DNA of 64,000 nucleotides from Chrysomallon squamiferum (Eukaryota; Animalia; Mollusca): the NCBI GenBank assembly GCA_012295275.1, contig CM022679.1, positions 10,292,001-10,356,000 of the forward strand, in the 5' to 3' direction. The number at the start of each line of letters is the position of its first letter. Position 1 is the stretch's first letter. The notes beneath the pieces were generated by a model. It was not told the DNA's origin and did not search any database. It saw only the letters and a program-made list of their open reading frames with translations. This document shows, piece after piece, positions 10,228 to 24,780 of the stretch. Made by a program: the position numbers and the translations under genes.

Positions 10228-13194
10228 GTTGTTACATTTGTGTATGTTTCTATATCTACACAGCATTCTGTTTTGATTTTTTGCATTATCTAGATAATTT
10301 TGATATAATTTTGTCTCCTTTTTTTTTTTTTGCTCAGTAAAATAAAGTCCCTAGACTTAGAGACAAGATTTCTATAATATCAAATGCTGATTAAATTCAG
10401 TGAAGTTTTAGTAACAATCCCCATATTATCAAAGACAAAATGCAGAGAATTCTGTTATAGAATCTCTGTACTTTATATTTCTGTGGCTACAAAATAACAA
10501 TACAAATAATTAACAATTTTCTGTTCCTATCTGAACAACATTTTTCAAAGTCTGTGGATTTATGCTTTTCAGACTACAAGAATAAGCATAAAAAATACCA
10601 TAATGTTTAATTTCCTGAATTGACAAACCGTTATTACAGATATCTGCAGAACAAATTAATAATTTACTTTTTAACATCTCAGATTGAAAGATTTCAAAGA
10701 TTTCCTTTATTTCTGAAAGTGTAGAAATGTAGAAATTGTCAATATTTTAATAATATTGCTAGTCATAGATAAATAATTTTAAAATTTAAGATTTTTCAAT
10801 TTAAATCAACCAGATTTTATCTTTAACAAGTTGAGTAACCAGTGACAACAAACAAGAACAAAAAAAAAAAAAAAAAAAAATCAGTTTCTAAAACTGAACT
10901 CAAGACAAAACAAGTTTGACTCTTTCTTTGCTTCTTTTTTCTCCTTTTTAAGCTTTCTTTTATCTTTTAAAAATCTTTTTTTCTAAAATCTTTTTTTTTC
11001 TTTCTGAGATAACATGTGGGTGTATAAAAAGCAAGCTTTGAAATAATCAGAAAAATAACAATCTTTGTCTCTGACTTTTTTATATATATATATATATTTT
11101 TTTTTAATTAATTTCATTTATCATGATTCTGGCTTTTCAACTTGTGAAAGCTAATTAGCAACACCATACAGATGTATGTATAAATACATAAATGCAGAGC
11201 TAATAAATAATATAATGGATACAATTACTGTGATAAGGCGAAGCCACTTTTCATCTCAGACAAGTTTTTAATGTCAGCAGCCTTGATCTGCTTCTGATGC
11301 GAGAAAAACAAATTATCAGAGAAAAGGTTAAAAGGAATCTTTCTTCTCTTCTGTCTTTTCAAACCATTTGTTTGGTGTGTCCACCCATAGTTGGTTTGAT
11401 CTGGAAATTTGGATTGTGTTTGAACAAAAAGTGGAAGAGAAAGAAAGAAAGAAAAAGACCAAAAGGAAAAGAAAGATACATTTTTTTTTTTTTATAAAAT
11501 TAGACAGAGAGATAGAAGAATTAAAATGAAAAGAATGAAATGTGGTTTGTGTTTGAATAAAGTGGAAGAGAAAGAAAGAATAAAATGAAAAAGAAAAAAA
11601 GAAAGAATTTTTAAAATAAATTAAAGAGAAAGACAGATAGTAGAAATAATATGAATCAAAGACGTAGCTGATTTCATTTGGAAATGTGGTTTATGTTTGA
11701 ATAAAGTGAAAAACAAAGAAAGAAAAAGACCAAAAAGAAAAGGAAAATATAAGAAAGAAAGAAGAGAAAGATTGAAAAAACAAAAAGAAAGAAGGCAGAA
11801 ATGGGTTTGAATTGAGAAATTTGAAAAATAGGAATACTGATGATGAAAAGAAAGAAAGAAGGAAAGACAAAAAAGAGAGAAAAGACAGAAATAAAGAAAA
11901 AAGATGAAAATAAAATGAAAGAAGAAATTAAAAAGAAGCTATAATCCATTCATACTGTAAATTCAGTTTATAGAAATTCAGAAAGAAGGAAAATAATAAA
12001 AAGGAAATAAACGAAAGAACAAAACACAAAACGAAAACATAAAAATAAATGAAAGAAAAAACCAGAAAACAAAACAAGGAATGAAAGAAATAAAAGAAAA
12101 AAAAACATAAAAGGAAAAGTGAAGAAAAAACCCCCAGAAAGAATAAAATAAAATTAAAAATTAATGAATATAAATGAAAATGAATGAAAGTAAAAATGAA
12201 AAGTCACCAAAATGAAAAGACACAAAACACAAGAAATAAAATTGACATAAAAAAACAACAACAACAACAAATATTTTTTAGAAAATAATAATAAAAAATA
12301 AAATGAAATAAAATATAATAAAATAAAATAAAATAAATGAAATCCTTTATGAATCATGATGTGATGGTGTGTGCAGATTTCAAAGTTCATCACAGCAGAC
12401 ACGTTTGTATTTGATCAGTGTAAAGAGTATTTCTTTATCACATCTTTCTTGTTATCACTATACACAAAACATATTTTTACTCATTTAATTGCCAGTTCAG
12501 CATGCATGTCAGTTATCCAAATGAGAGTATTCGTTTATGTTTTTATTTCTTTTTATTATCATTTTTTTTTATATTCCAAATTATTATTAATTATTTAATT
12601 AAAATAATTTTGTTTATTTATTTATTTATTTCTATACAGAATTGTTATTTTAATTTTTCTTTTATATCATCTTTGTTTTAATGTACAAGCTAATGAAATG
12701 TAAATAAATGTTTTTTTATACATGGCTTATATTTCTTACATTTTTACATAGGAATTTACAATAATGAAAGCTTTTCCATTTACTTCACATTTTTTTAATT
12801 TCATTTTTCAAATATTTACATTTTAATTTACACATCATTAGATAATTTTTAAAATAAATGATGTTAATGTTTATCTATATTTCAAATTATATTTCATAAC
12901 AAAAAAAATAATAATAGCAAAAAATTTAAAAATAAAAAAATAAAAACATGAAATATAATATTAAAAATGAAAATTAACAAGAAAAAAGTGAATGCATCTC
13001 AAAATAATTATTACGAAGTAGACATTTCCTCACCTCACTTGTTATATTAATAGCTATTTTTTGTGTTCTTTATTGATAAAAATCATTTAATTATAATGAT
13101 GAATACAAATTGATGGTGTAGAGATAAAATCAACACTTGTCACCATTGTTTGTATGATAATGAAGAAACAATATAATAGCATACAGTACTGATG

Positions 13195-13682
13195 TATGCT
13201 GAAGTGAATGGTAAAAAACAATGTATTGAAGTGAATGGTAAAAAACAATGTATTGAAGTGAATGGTAAAAAACAGTCTACTCAAGTGAATAGTAATAAAC
13301 AATATATTGAATGCTAATAAATAATGTACTGAAATGAATAGTAATAAGCAATATACTGAATGGTAATAAATAATGTACTGAAATGAATAGTAATAAGCAA
13401 TATATTGAATGCTAATAAATAATGTACTGAAATGAATAGTAATAAACAATATGTTGAATGGTAATAAATAATGTTCTGAAATGAATAGTAATAAGCAATA
13501 TATTGAATGGTAATAAATAATGTACTGAAATGAATAGTAATAAGCAATATATTGAATGGTAATAAATGGTGAAATAAAACAATGAATAATAAATGATGTA
13601 CTGAAATGAATAGTAATAAGCAATATATTGAATGGTAATAAACAATATATTGAAGTGAATGGTAATAAGCAATATATTGAAA
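13195..13682 (+). repeat. Minisatellite: 27-bp monomers grading into a 49-bp (27+22) higher-order unit
   Basis: GAAGTGAATGGTAAAAAACAATGTATT at a 27-bp period (13201-13280); AATGTACTGAAATGAATAGTAATAAGCAATATATTGAATGGTAATAAAT at a 49-bp period (13326, 13375, 13424...). Confidence 0.85.
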
Positions 13683-13717
13683 TATGTTTCTTACATGATG
13701 ACTATATTAGCAAAAAA

Positions 13718-13790
13718 TATGGGTTACTCTTACTGATTATCAGCAAGGGATGTTTTATTAGCACCTTCCCTTAGGTTGGAAAATGCTGTC
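13718..13790 (-). mobile_element. Decayed SINE-like element fragment
   Basis: Core ATGGGTTACTCTTACTGATTATCAGCAAGGGATGTTTTATTAGCACCTTCCC shared with the other copies. Confidence 0.65.
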
Positions 13791-14667
13791 ATTTATAAAT
13801 AGTATGAAGTAAATAAAATCTGAGGTTAATATTTCATCCTGGTGCTTTCACAGTGTGTGATGAAGACATTGTGCAAATTACCAGTGAGTTGTGAGATGAG
13901 TGTGAGATGAAATCTCCCCGTCACACAGAAGCATGTGAGATCACATTTCCCCCATGATGTAAAAAGAAATTTTTCCCAGCCAGACCTTGCATTACTGTCA
14001 TGTGACCTTGCATGATTGCCACAGCGATGTCCATTGAGTTGTCCATTAAGTTGCCAGGAGGCAATTTCCAGTTGAATAAGTTGACAAATATTTGCAATTT
14101 GTGAGTATCTCGCAGGTCTCTAATAATCTTCTTCTCACAGGAGCGAAGAGCCTTCTTGAATATTATTCAGTAATTTGCTCAATCTCATTGTTATTGATTT
14201 TTAACTTTGAGACTGTTTTTTTTTTTTTTTTCCTTTTTATTTGTCATTTTCTCATTAAATTTTTTTTTTTTTTTTTTTTTTAAAAAGCCAGTTGGGGGAG
14301 AAAAAAAAATTTCTGAAAGAAAATTTGTATTTAAAAACAAACAAAAAAATGTATCTGATATGTCTTGTCAGTTTAAATGTTGTGTATTTATTTTTTTTTT
14401 TTTTTTTTTAAATTTGAAAATTGATACTAACTGTATGTATTTTTATATGTTGTTTTTGTTTGACAGGTTATTAAGAACAAGAAAAATAAGTTTAATATTG
14501 TTGATGCAGTATTTTGTAACTGATTTAATGTAATAATTATAGTGTAATATGATCATTTTTCTGTTATTATAAATGATAATTTAACTTGGGGGAAGATAAA
14601 ATAAATAACTATATATATATAAATGTTTATACTTAGATTAGTAAACAATAATTTAAAAATAAAAAAA

Positions 14668-14698
<31 letters not shown>

Positions 14699-15029
14699 AA
14701 TAGAAACAAAGAAACAAAGAGTAAAAGATAAAAAAAAAAAAAATAAAAAATAAAGAAAAACAACCAAAACTATGTAGATACAAATGAAAACAAAAAGCTC
14801 AGCTGACTGACTGACTATAAAAACAACAGTCATCTGGCTTTATGGAGAAATAAATTAATCAAAAACCACAAAAACCTCACTCTATTAATAATCATCACTG
14901 ACGTTATTAATCAGAATCCATAGCTAAACCTCCTAACAGTATCAAATCTGACACACAGACAACATCAAACCAACATGACAAATTATTCCTCTCACAGACT
15001 GTTTTATCAAAACCTGTGATAATATTTTA

Positions 15030-15150
15030 AGTATTCCTGTGTATGTAATGGTGCATAAAACAATTTATTTTTTTGCTAACTGGTAAGAGTAACCAGTGGA
15101 GTGGTGTCACTGAGATTCTTTCCTTATGTTATCTTTAAAAAAATGTAACT
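15030..15150 (+). mobile_element. Decayed SINE-like element fragment
   Basis: TCCTGTGTATGTAATGGTGCATAAAA...TTGCTAACTGGTAAGAGTAACC: reverse complement of the shared core. Confidence 0.55.
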
Positions 15151-15266
15151 ATACATTAGCCAGTAATAATAAAATATATTAGTATTCATTAATTTGTTCT
15201 TTTTTCCTATCCTTTGGGATATTTTTTGCTTCACCTAGTGCACATCCAAGACTATGACAATGGTTT

Positions 15267-15296
<30 letters not shown>

Positions 15297-15297
<1 letters not shown>

Positions 15298-15465
15298 TAT
15301 CCTGTCCTTGGGATGGTATGAATAACAGATCATTTGCTGCTAACTGCAAGAAGTTAGTGACCGGGTGTTTCCTATCTAGTTATCTCAGGGATCCTTAACC
15401 ACATGTCTGACACCATATAGCTATAAATAAAATGTGTTGAGAGTTAAATAAAACTTTTCCTTCTT
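15297..15465 (+). mobile_element. Decayed SINE-like element, body and 3' end
   Basis: TATCCTGTCCTTGGGATGG...TTGCTGCTAAC...TCCTTAACCACATGTCTGAC...AAATAAAATGTGTTGAG...TTAAATAAAACTTTTCCTTC. Confidence 0.7.
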
Positions 15466-17185
15466 TTTTTTCTTTTTTCTACTGAGTACAGTGAACTATG
15501 CCAGGCATAAAACAGTTAACAGTTAATTATTTTTTCTCTTGTGATTCTGAGGATATACACTAACATAACCTCCAATTAACAAAAGCACAAAATTGGGTTT
15601 TCGGAATATTTCTGTTTATAATGATTTTTGTTGGACCTAATATTGTGTTGTCCACTAATCAAAACAAATAAGTTTCTATTTTGAAAATAATGACTTCATC
15701 GGACTAAGGACTCTCGAGTTATGACCGCTAATTAAAACACTGAACTTGGTATATGGATCATGATGAATTCTTTGCAGTGTCCACTAATTAAAACACAAAA
15801 ATCTATAGGATGCCATTCAAAAGAGTGGCCTCTTTATGTTGTCAGTGCATGTGTGTTATCAATGATATCAAACAAACATTAGTGGGATACAGTTATCAAT
15901 AGTAATGGTAATAATCAAGTCATCGATACAAAACATCGGGTCAGAGCCAGATTGGAAAGATTGTATTGAAATACAATAGCAAAGAAGCAGTGCATCAAAT
16001 AGGTTTATTATTATAGTTGCTAATTATTTCCCTGGAGAACAATAGATGTTTAGTATCTGCGTTTTCAAAAGGCATTGATCTTCTTGTTCTGTTCTGATGA
16101 TACGATCCACTTTGATAATGCATATAGTATTTTATTGTGTTATACTGCATTGCATTACTTTTATATTACATTGTGGAGCAAGAGTTTTTTTTTTTTTATA
16201 CAGGGGTACAGCTAATACATTTCAAACTATATTGAGAATCTAATACATATATTATATTTTTAAAATGATTTATATTATGTAATAAAGATTCACACAGGTT
16301 GTAAAATTAACGTATCTCAACCTACATACGGTATTTAACATGTGTAATATAGCTTTTAAATGAATTATATTATATAGGATGGAGTTCATAGAGGTAAAAT
16401 TAATATACCTAAAACTATAATCAGAAACCAATAGATGTAATATAGTTTTAAAATGAGGACAAAAAAGGATTATATTACGTAGACTGGGACTAAAATTAAT
16501 ATATCTCATCCAATACTGAGAAAATTAACATACATACATCAATACATGATTTTAAAATAAAATAAACAATTGTTCAAGTTATCATTATTTCATAATCCCT
16601 TATTATTACTATTGATTTTTAGCATGCTTTCATGAACATTTCATAAATAAATATATATTTGATTTTGTATTCAGTATGATTAGTAAGACTGTATGTTAGT
16701 ATTTGGAAACTATGAAGTATACCTGTTTAACTGTAAAAAGGACAGACAACTCATGAACCTTGAACATCTGAGTTATCTGACCTAGAATACTGTTACGAGA
16801 GATTGGGGTATTTACATGCATAGCAACAAGCTTTACCTGAACGCCTTTATTATTTATTAGCACAAATACTGTTAAGAGAACAGTTATTAACATTCATAAC
16901 AATGAACTGTTTGCTTTATGTCATTTGATGGGTTTGAATTCAAGGGGTTCGAAATTCATTAAGTAATTAAGAAAAATAATGCTGGCATTATGTGTTTATT
17001 TATTGATGATTTCATGTTTATTATTATTATTATTATACAGTTTGGTTATTAACCTTTACCAATCTGTCTTTGATGCCAACCTATGAAGTATATCAAAATA
17101 GTATAATTTATTATAATAACAATAACAGAAATAAAATTACTGTAAATATATGAAAATAAACTGGATGCCATTTGCTTTGATTACA

Positions 17186-17400
17186 TATATAATAATAATA
17201 ATAGTAATAATAGTAATAATAATAATAATGATGATGATGATGATAATTAATATAACACTAATAATGATAATAATAATGATGGTAATAATAATAATAAAAA
17301 TAATGATGATGATGATGATGATGATGATGATAATAAAGACAATGGCAATAACAATTATGCTGACAACAACATCATCAACAGCAATAACAAAAACAATCAT
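17186..17400. repeat. (AAT)n/(GAT)n compound trinucleotide microsatellite
   Basis: Read directly; source of the poly-I/poly-M ORFs. Confidence 0.9.
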
Positions 17401-17872
17401 CACAGCCTCATTTAACAAACAGTCTGGACCTTATGCAATTATCTTAAGATATACACTCTGTTTCCTGTTTACAGGTTACTCAAGGTAAAGCCTGTTCACA
17501 TCTCTTTCCTTATGATTGACACCAGCACTCTCAGTCCATTTTGAGTCTCACTACAATCAAAGTGCAAACACTGCTTTCATCCACTGATGTCAGAATCTAC
17601 AGTGAAAAGACAAATATTTTACGTGGAGACATCCATTAACCCGTACAGAGACCGAGGCTCTTCAAACAGAAATTACAACCTCTTGAATATTGATCAGCCG
17701 ATGTTTTGATTTCCACACATGTGCAGTCAAAAGATGTTGTCAGAGGAATTGCTGTTACATGATGAAAAACATTAAATTAACAGAGTTAGAGGTTGCAGTC
17801 AAATGAAGGAATATATACACAGTATGTTTACATATATGTGCCTATATGGGTGTCTGTGTGTGTGTGTGTGCA

Positions 17873-17903
<31 letters not shown>

Positions 17904-18147
17904 GTGCATGTGTTTTTGTGTAAAATAACTATGTATGGTAACAGTTTCATATTCTAACACTTGTTTGAAATGTTTAAATAAGTAAGTAAGTAAGTGAGTA
18001 TTATAATAATTTTTGTTCTGATAATTAAACAGTATTAGTGAATTTAATAATAAAATCAGTAATAATAATTTTAAAAAATGAACAACAGCAACAACAGTAA
18101 TAAATATTATCATTGTTAATATTGAAGAATTTTATTTCTGCTCTTTA

Positions 18148-18260
18148 AGAAAGAAGGAAGAAAATGATAAGTCTTGTTTTACGACAACAGTTTATGGTTA
18201 AACACTGTTCAGACAATGAACTCCTCTTGTCTGATCCCCAACAATAGAATTCTTATTTTT
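18148..18260 (-). mobile_element. Possible SINE-like 3' fragment
   Basis: GAAGGAAG tail followed by TTTTACGAC...TATGGTTAAA, weakly matching the 33177 copy. Confidence 0.35.
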
Positions 18261-19641
18261 GTTTTTCAAGATATCATTAACCTTTTATAATGACAAAAAT
18301 ATCTTCCCTTGACTGAATAGTGTGAAAGTAACAGATTTCTTCCACTTGAAAACATTGTGATGATTTTATATCATGGATTTTCATATTATCATATACTTGA
18401 ACAATAACATAAATAATTTGAAAAAAAAAAAAAAAAATCTGAACAAACATTGTCAGGGAAATTTTAACACTGTTTTATCACCTTTGATCTTTACATAAAT
18501 ATCTTTTTTTAAAATCAATTCTTGATAGTTCAGAATGGGAAAAATAGAGCTTGATTAATTGTTTAATTGTTTTTCTTCATGGTTCACATGAACTGTATGT
18601 GTCATTAACTGACTTCATTCCTGGTGCAATGTACCAATCAATTCTGGACTGTTTGAACGTTGTAATTTAGACATACTTTTTTTTTTCTTTTTTTTCTTTC
18701 TGCTACTCTACTTAAACTACTATTCATTAAGTACATTCTGAAATAGAATTATCTGAAATGCAGCCATAAAACCTACTGTCCAAACCCAGTCGACAGGTTG
18801 ATGGTTTCTTCAGAAACACTGGCTGGGATAAACAAAACAGAGGACAGGAATGGAAATATTGTCTATAACCATTGTCAGAAAAACAAAGAAAATCATCAAT
18901 AGCCAGACCATCGGTATTGACTGTATTGGCTGTTCTTCGATGCAGCTAGAGCCAATAAAATGCTGGGACATTCTTTGATTTAGTAATGGAACCATCCTTT
19001 CAAAATGTTCCAGTAACAAGTGTATGAAGATTATTTTGTAAATAAATATAATTGCTAGAGTAAGTGGCAATGACATATTTTGAAATGTCCAAGTGTTGAG
19101 TAGTTTTGTTTTCAAAAAAAAATATAGGTGAAAGAAACTTATAGATATACAAAGCATAATTGTTATAAAAATTTGCTAACAAACAAGTAGTAATGTATTT
19201 TTTAACAGTCCCATAATCATGTAATATATTTTTGGTATTATTTTGTAAAAAAAAAAAAAAAAGTTTTACAGATATGAAATATAACTGCAAGTAAATTTGC
19301 AAATAAGCAGTTTTTACTTTTTGACAATCCCACTCTCAAGTGTATATTTGTATTGTTTTTTTTTTATAAATAAATAAACCAGGAAGAAAACTGTCGATTA
19401 ATTCCCTTGAGGTATGACCTTTTCTGTCTCCAGCTTTGGAAAAATATTAAGATATTCTGTGCATGAGGTGTTTTTGTTTTTTTTTCAAATTAAATAAATG
19501 AGGACAGAAATTTATTGATACCCTAGAGGTACAATCCTTAGTGTAATAACAGCTCAAAAAACATACAAGGGTCAGCTGTACTGTTATATTTGTAAGCATG
19601 TCCCAAATTAAAGAAATATTATTAACTGATTTATTTATTTG

Positions 19642-19684
<43 letters not shown>

Positions 19685-20508
19685 AAATAAATGAGAAACA
19701 AAACTTTAAAGTGAATGAATTGAAATATTATTATTTGTCAACAGTGGTTTTCAATGTTAGGATAGCTACAGCAAGGTTGTGTGTGTGTATGTATGTATGT
19801 GTGTGTGTATGTATGTCTGTGTGTGTGTCTCTTTTTCTTTCTGTATATGTGTGTAGTGTGCAGAGAAGAAAAGAAGAAGATAAATGATTCACAGATAAGA
19901 AGTAAATGAGACAAAGTAAAATAAAATGTTTGTTAACTTTTTCCCTTAGAAAATGGCACATGAAATTGCCAGATGCACATAAACCATCTAGTGCTGAACA
20001 TAAATTCATATGTCTTATTAAAACATTACCGACAAAACTAGCACTAAATTTTCCATAAACACCACTAAGAACAAAGGTCTAACAAAGCTACAGAGAGAAA
20101 AGATGAGGAGGTTCTCCTAAATGAACCTGTAATCCTAGCAGACACTATCTCACATGGCATGAAGTTTGAAGAAATAAAATTATCATGCAGGATATCAGAA
20201 TCTGCCACTGGCACTGAATCTGATACAAAGGTATCTCCTTGGTTACAGGTTATCTGCATGTTCTGATATGAACTGCTCCGGCAGAATGGTTTGATTTATG
20301 TCTTTTAAAAATGCTGAATTTAAAAAAAAAACAGAAAGGAAATTTGTTGTAAGAAGTTTAATGAGAGAAAAAAATATATTCTGTTAAAACTTGAGTTATA
20401 ATTATTATCTACTGCTACTGTTTCTAATACTGATGTTACTGCCACAACTACAACTACTGCATATGCAAAAAAAAAACAGTTTAAAGAATTTAGACAAAAA
20501 TACACACA

Positions 20509-20573
<65 letters not shown>

Positions 20574-20799
20574 AACAAACACACACATACACACAGAAAC
20601 ATACAAGTACACCCACACAAATATATATGCATCAAATATTTTGTTGATTAAATAAAATATTTTGATAGTTATTTAATAATTATTTATATTTGTAATGATA
20701 TTAGTTGTCATAGCAGTAGTAGCTGTAGAAGCATCAGTAACTGTAAAATAATTAAGAAAACAAATGACAATTTTTCAAAAGATTTTCTGCTGAATATTA

Positions 20800-21253
20800 A
20801 ATTAGCATCAACCCTAGAGAGTATGTATGTACTTCTATAACAAACATCTCATCAAATATTTCCCACAACAAAAAACTCTTTGTTAAATGATCAATAATCT
20901 ATTTGTTTCCGCTAAATATCGAATTAGCCTCAATCCAACAGAATAAATCCTTTCTTGCCAAACATTTCATCACATATTTATTAATTGTTAATAATTAATA
21001 AGACTAATAACAACATTTTTGTTGTTGTTGTTTTATTTGGATAAATATTATATTAGCATGAACCCTATAGAGTACATATATTTACTGCTAAAATAAATAT
21101 CTCATCAAATATTTCTCACAACAAAAAACTATTTTCTTAAAGCCTGTATGAGCAAAAACCCACCAGAGCACACATTTGTTGCTAAGACACCCATTTCTCG
21201 CTAAGACACCCATTTCATCAAATATTTCTCATAACAAAAACTGTTTGTTAAAT

Positions 21254-21284
<31 letters not shown>

Positions 21285-21390
21285 TTCCAGCAGCTTCCCA
21301 TAAAATCAGGCATAAAGACAGAACATTTGCCTTGCTCAAAATAAATATCTCATCAAATATTTCTCATAACAAAAACGACTCGCTGAATAA
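20800..21390 (+). repeat. Local cluster of 4 short repeats (ATCTCATCAAATATTTCTCA.AACAAAAA) with longer partial duplication
   Basis: Motif at about 20846, 21098, 21215 and 21347; AACCCTA.AGAGTA at 20811 and 21061; GCTAAGACACCCATTTC duplicated at 21181 and 21200. Confidence 0.75.
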
Positions 21391-22359
21391 TTAAAAAAAT
21401 ACAAGCTTGCTTCTTAAAAGGTCATCATCACACATTCATACGCATATGTTTACCGTCCTCACAGAAACCAGTGACACAATATGCCAATCAATTCTGTAGC
21501 AGTGGCTGACAGTCGCGTGTCTGTGATAAATAAAACTTTCCTCACCTTATGAAAGATTTATGACCAGAAGCAGAGCCGGCCATACCAATCAAGGGAATCT
21601 TAGACCTAAGAGGAAATGAAGAAAACTCTTCATGCTCTTTCTAATGTTAACAAAACTAACTGGCTCCTTTAACCCTTCTCCTGTCCCTTGACATGGCGAA
21701 AAGGCAGATGTGTCTTACTGCTGTTAATTAGATTTCACGAATTGGCAGAATGCTGATGGAAATGAAAACAAATTATTATGGTTTTGTGTGTGTGTGTTTT
21801 GTGAGACTGTTTAAATATAAGTAACTGTGTTTTATGTATGGATATTTGTATCCAAGTATGTTTATGTATGAATGTGCAGGTGTGTATCTATGTATGTGTG
21901 TGTATACTTTCAATAATTTAATACCAGTAACTAACAACAACAACAACAACAATGGCAATAACAAAATCTGTGTCATTTGTACGTGTCCACTTTTCAGGTT
22001 CAATACAAAATTACAAGTTTTTAAAATGAACTGTTAAGTGTAATGTTCAACACAAACAGCCACTGCTGATATTGTTTTGCACCTGTCAGCAGATAATGCG
22101 TACAACACAGAGATTGCATGATGCACTCAGCTGTAACAGATCTGAAAACAAATCATCTCTGATTAATTTGGTCTCTTCAATAATTCATCTTTTGGGACCC
22201 AATACAGGATTGTGCTTTGTTTCTTTCATTCTCTCTGTCTCTCTCTTTCTTTCTCTCCATTTGTCTATCCATTTTTTTCTCATCTGTCTTTCTGTTTCTG
22301 CTTCTGTGTTTCTTCAACTTTCTTTCTCTCCATATCTCTATCTGCCTTTTTCTTATCTC

Positions 22360-22413
22360 TCACTCTTTCTCTCTCTCTCTTTCTCTCTCTCTCTCTTTCT
22401 CTCTCTCTCTTTC

Positions 22414-22485
<72 letters not shown>

Positions 22486-22516
22486 CCTCTCCCTCTCTCT
22501 CTCTCTGTCTCTCTCC
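22360..22516. repeat. (CT)n microsatellite
   Basis: Read directly. Confidence 0.95.
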
Positions 22517-24634
22517 CTTTCTTTCTTTCAATTTCTTTCTTTTACTTCAATGCATCTGTGCCTACAAAATGTTTAATGGTCCACACTAAAAATATACATA
22601 CAAGGAAACACATTCTAATAATGATTTTTTTTTTTTTTTAAAACAGGCAATCACAAATCTGAACAGGTTTAATGGGTATTTTTTTCTTTGTCACAAGAAA
22701 ATAAAAAATGATATAACCTCAAGCAAAAGACAAATTTAACTTAGTTACTCAGAAGATGAAAAAATAATGAAGTGGAAATGTCAGTTTTTATGACACCAAA
22801 TTCTTATTTTTCCCTGAAATGTTTAGATATAATTTGTTTTTGGATTTTTCTTCTTTTTTTTTTTTCGTTCAAGTAAAATGCAAAGAAAGACAGATCACAT
22901 AACATTTAATCTGAATAAAAATGAAATATTATTTTTTTATTCATTTCAAAATTAAGAACAATTAATAGAACTTGTCTTTTGGAAAGCATTTTTACTGTTT
23001 GCTTTAGTCACATATGTACCAGATTCTCTATTTTTATTTTGTACATTAACCTGAGAGAAGAAACCAAACCTATCATGAAACAAACAGATCTTGTATGTGC
23101 AAAACCAGGAATGTTTACACCTACAAAATCTCACAAAGAGATCTTGTGCCTGCTAATATATGCCAAAATAAATCTTTCAGTATATTAACCTTGACACTGG
23201 AAATGATAAAAATAAAATTTTCTTAAAAACATTCAGATGGACTGTAATCGTGATCCATTACATCTGTGACTAGAAATTTTTGCATTCCTGCCAAGGTGAT
23301 TTTTTCGTTCATCTGTTGATCTTTAATTGCTTTGAAAATTAAACACTGGCACATCACTAATACATTAATTAGTGTGAACTGAGCCAAATACTACACAGTG
23401 AACCTTGGTCACCAGTAATCAATGACACACTTGTCCATTTACCTGGTTGACCCTGATGACAGAAGTTCTATCATCATTGCTTAATTGATTTCTTGCTGAT
23501 TCTGGAAACATTCCAAAAAAAAAAGAAAAGCTAAAGAGAATATGAAAATAGTAATTATTATTCCAAATATTCTGTTGTCAGTGTTTATTTGATGTCATTT
23601 CATAAATAGAATTTAAGGAAAGCCATAACCAAAATGAAAAGATTTTGAAGTTTTACAAAGATATATTCAGGGATATAGATATATATATATTTTATCATAT
23701 TCAAAATTCAAGTAAAATGTAAATCACGAAATATCTCAGTAGCTTTTGAGGCTTTATTGTCAGCAAAGATTGCTTGTAGGTGATACTGTAATAGTAACTA
23801 GGGAACATACAAAATGCATTTAGACCATTTCTATATACCATGAAAAATAAAGTTTAAAATTTAAATACATGTAACACATTCGGATAACATAGTCATACTG
23901 AGAGTATACCAAACCTTGGAAGATATTAGAATTTAAAGCCAATTGGATACTTTAAGGACAGATTTTCTCAGAAGACTGTTAAAATATCTAATATTATAGA
24001 GCAGATTTGACATGTTAGTAATCAGAACACAAGATAAATAAAACTTTAGAATAGTGTACAAGTCTATATTAAATCAAATGTATTTACAGTCAACAGAACA
24101 GATCTTAACAAGTGCAGCCAAAAGATTTCAAGGATTTTTAATAAAAACATGCATAATATATTTAGCATGTAAAGCAGATCAACATGATTATGAAGCTATC
24201 TCAAAAAAAAAAAAAAAAAAAAACAAAAAAAAAAAACTGAAAGAATTATTCTGATAGGTACAAAATATATAAACACTCATGATCTTGCCACCATAAAGCA
24301 CTTCATTTTTCTCTATCTTCCTGACATGGCAGTAATTTTATTAATTAAGAAACCTTCTTTTAACTACCAGGTGCTATCAGCATTATCTATAAATAATTGA
24401 AAAGAAAAAATTGTGAGAGAGAGAGAGAGAGAGAGAGAGAAATGTTCTTTAGAGAGTGGGAAATTCTTTAAATGTTTTAATGGAATAATGAAGAAACATT
24501 GTGAATGAAATTTAATGTGATATTAAGCTATTTGCTGAGAGAGGCAAAATTAAATTATTTGATGGGAAAGTTATGTTCATTTAAATATATAAATAAGAAT
24601 GGAGAATTTAGAATTTTAGATGGTTATATATCAA

Positions 24635-24780
24635 AGACTGTGGCTGGTATCTTCCTGTCTGTGGGAAGGTAAATATCATTAAAAAAATCTTTTGCTGCTA
24701 ATCAGTAACAGTCTTGAGAAGGTGGCAATACTTTCCCTGACTCATAAACTCATTACGTAACATTAATGTGTTATACTTGC
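24635..24780 (+). mobile_element. Decayed SINE-like element fragment
   Basis: TCCTGTCTGTGGGAAGGTAAATAT...ATCTTTTGCTGCTAATCAGTAACAGT...GGTGGCAA. Confidence 0.65.

Noticed and set aside
15500-16560. Possible DNA-transposon remnant (GTCCACTAAT.AAAAC repeats; degenerate ~90-bp units at 16230-16560)
   Set aside because: No terminal repeats, target-site duplication or transposase similarity could be established by eye.
20040-20270. Region open on both strands (~65 codons) with ATATCCTGC on the gene strand
   Set aside because: No recognisable homology; splicing that donor to 6185 would create TG|A, a stop.
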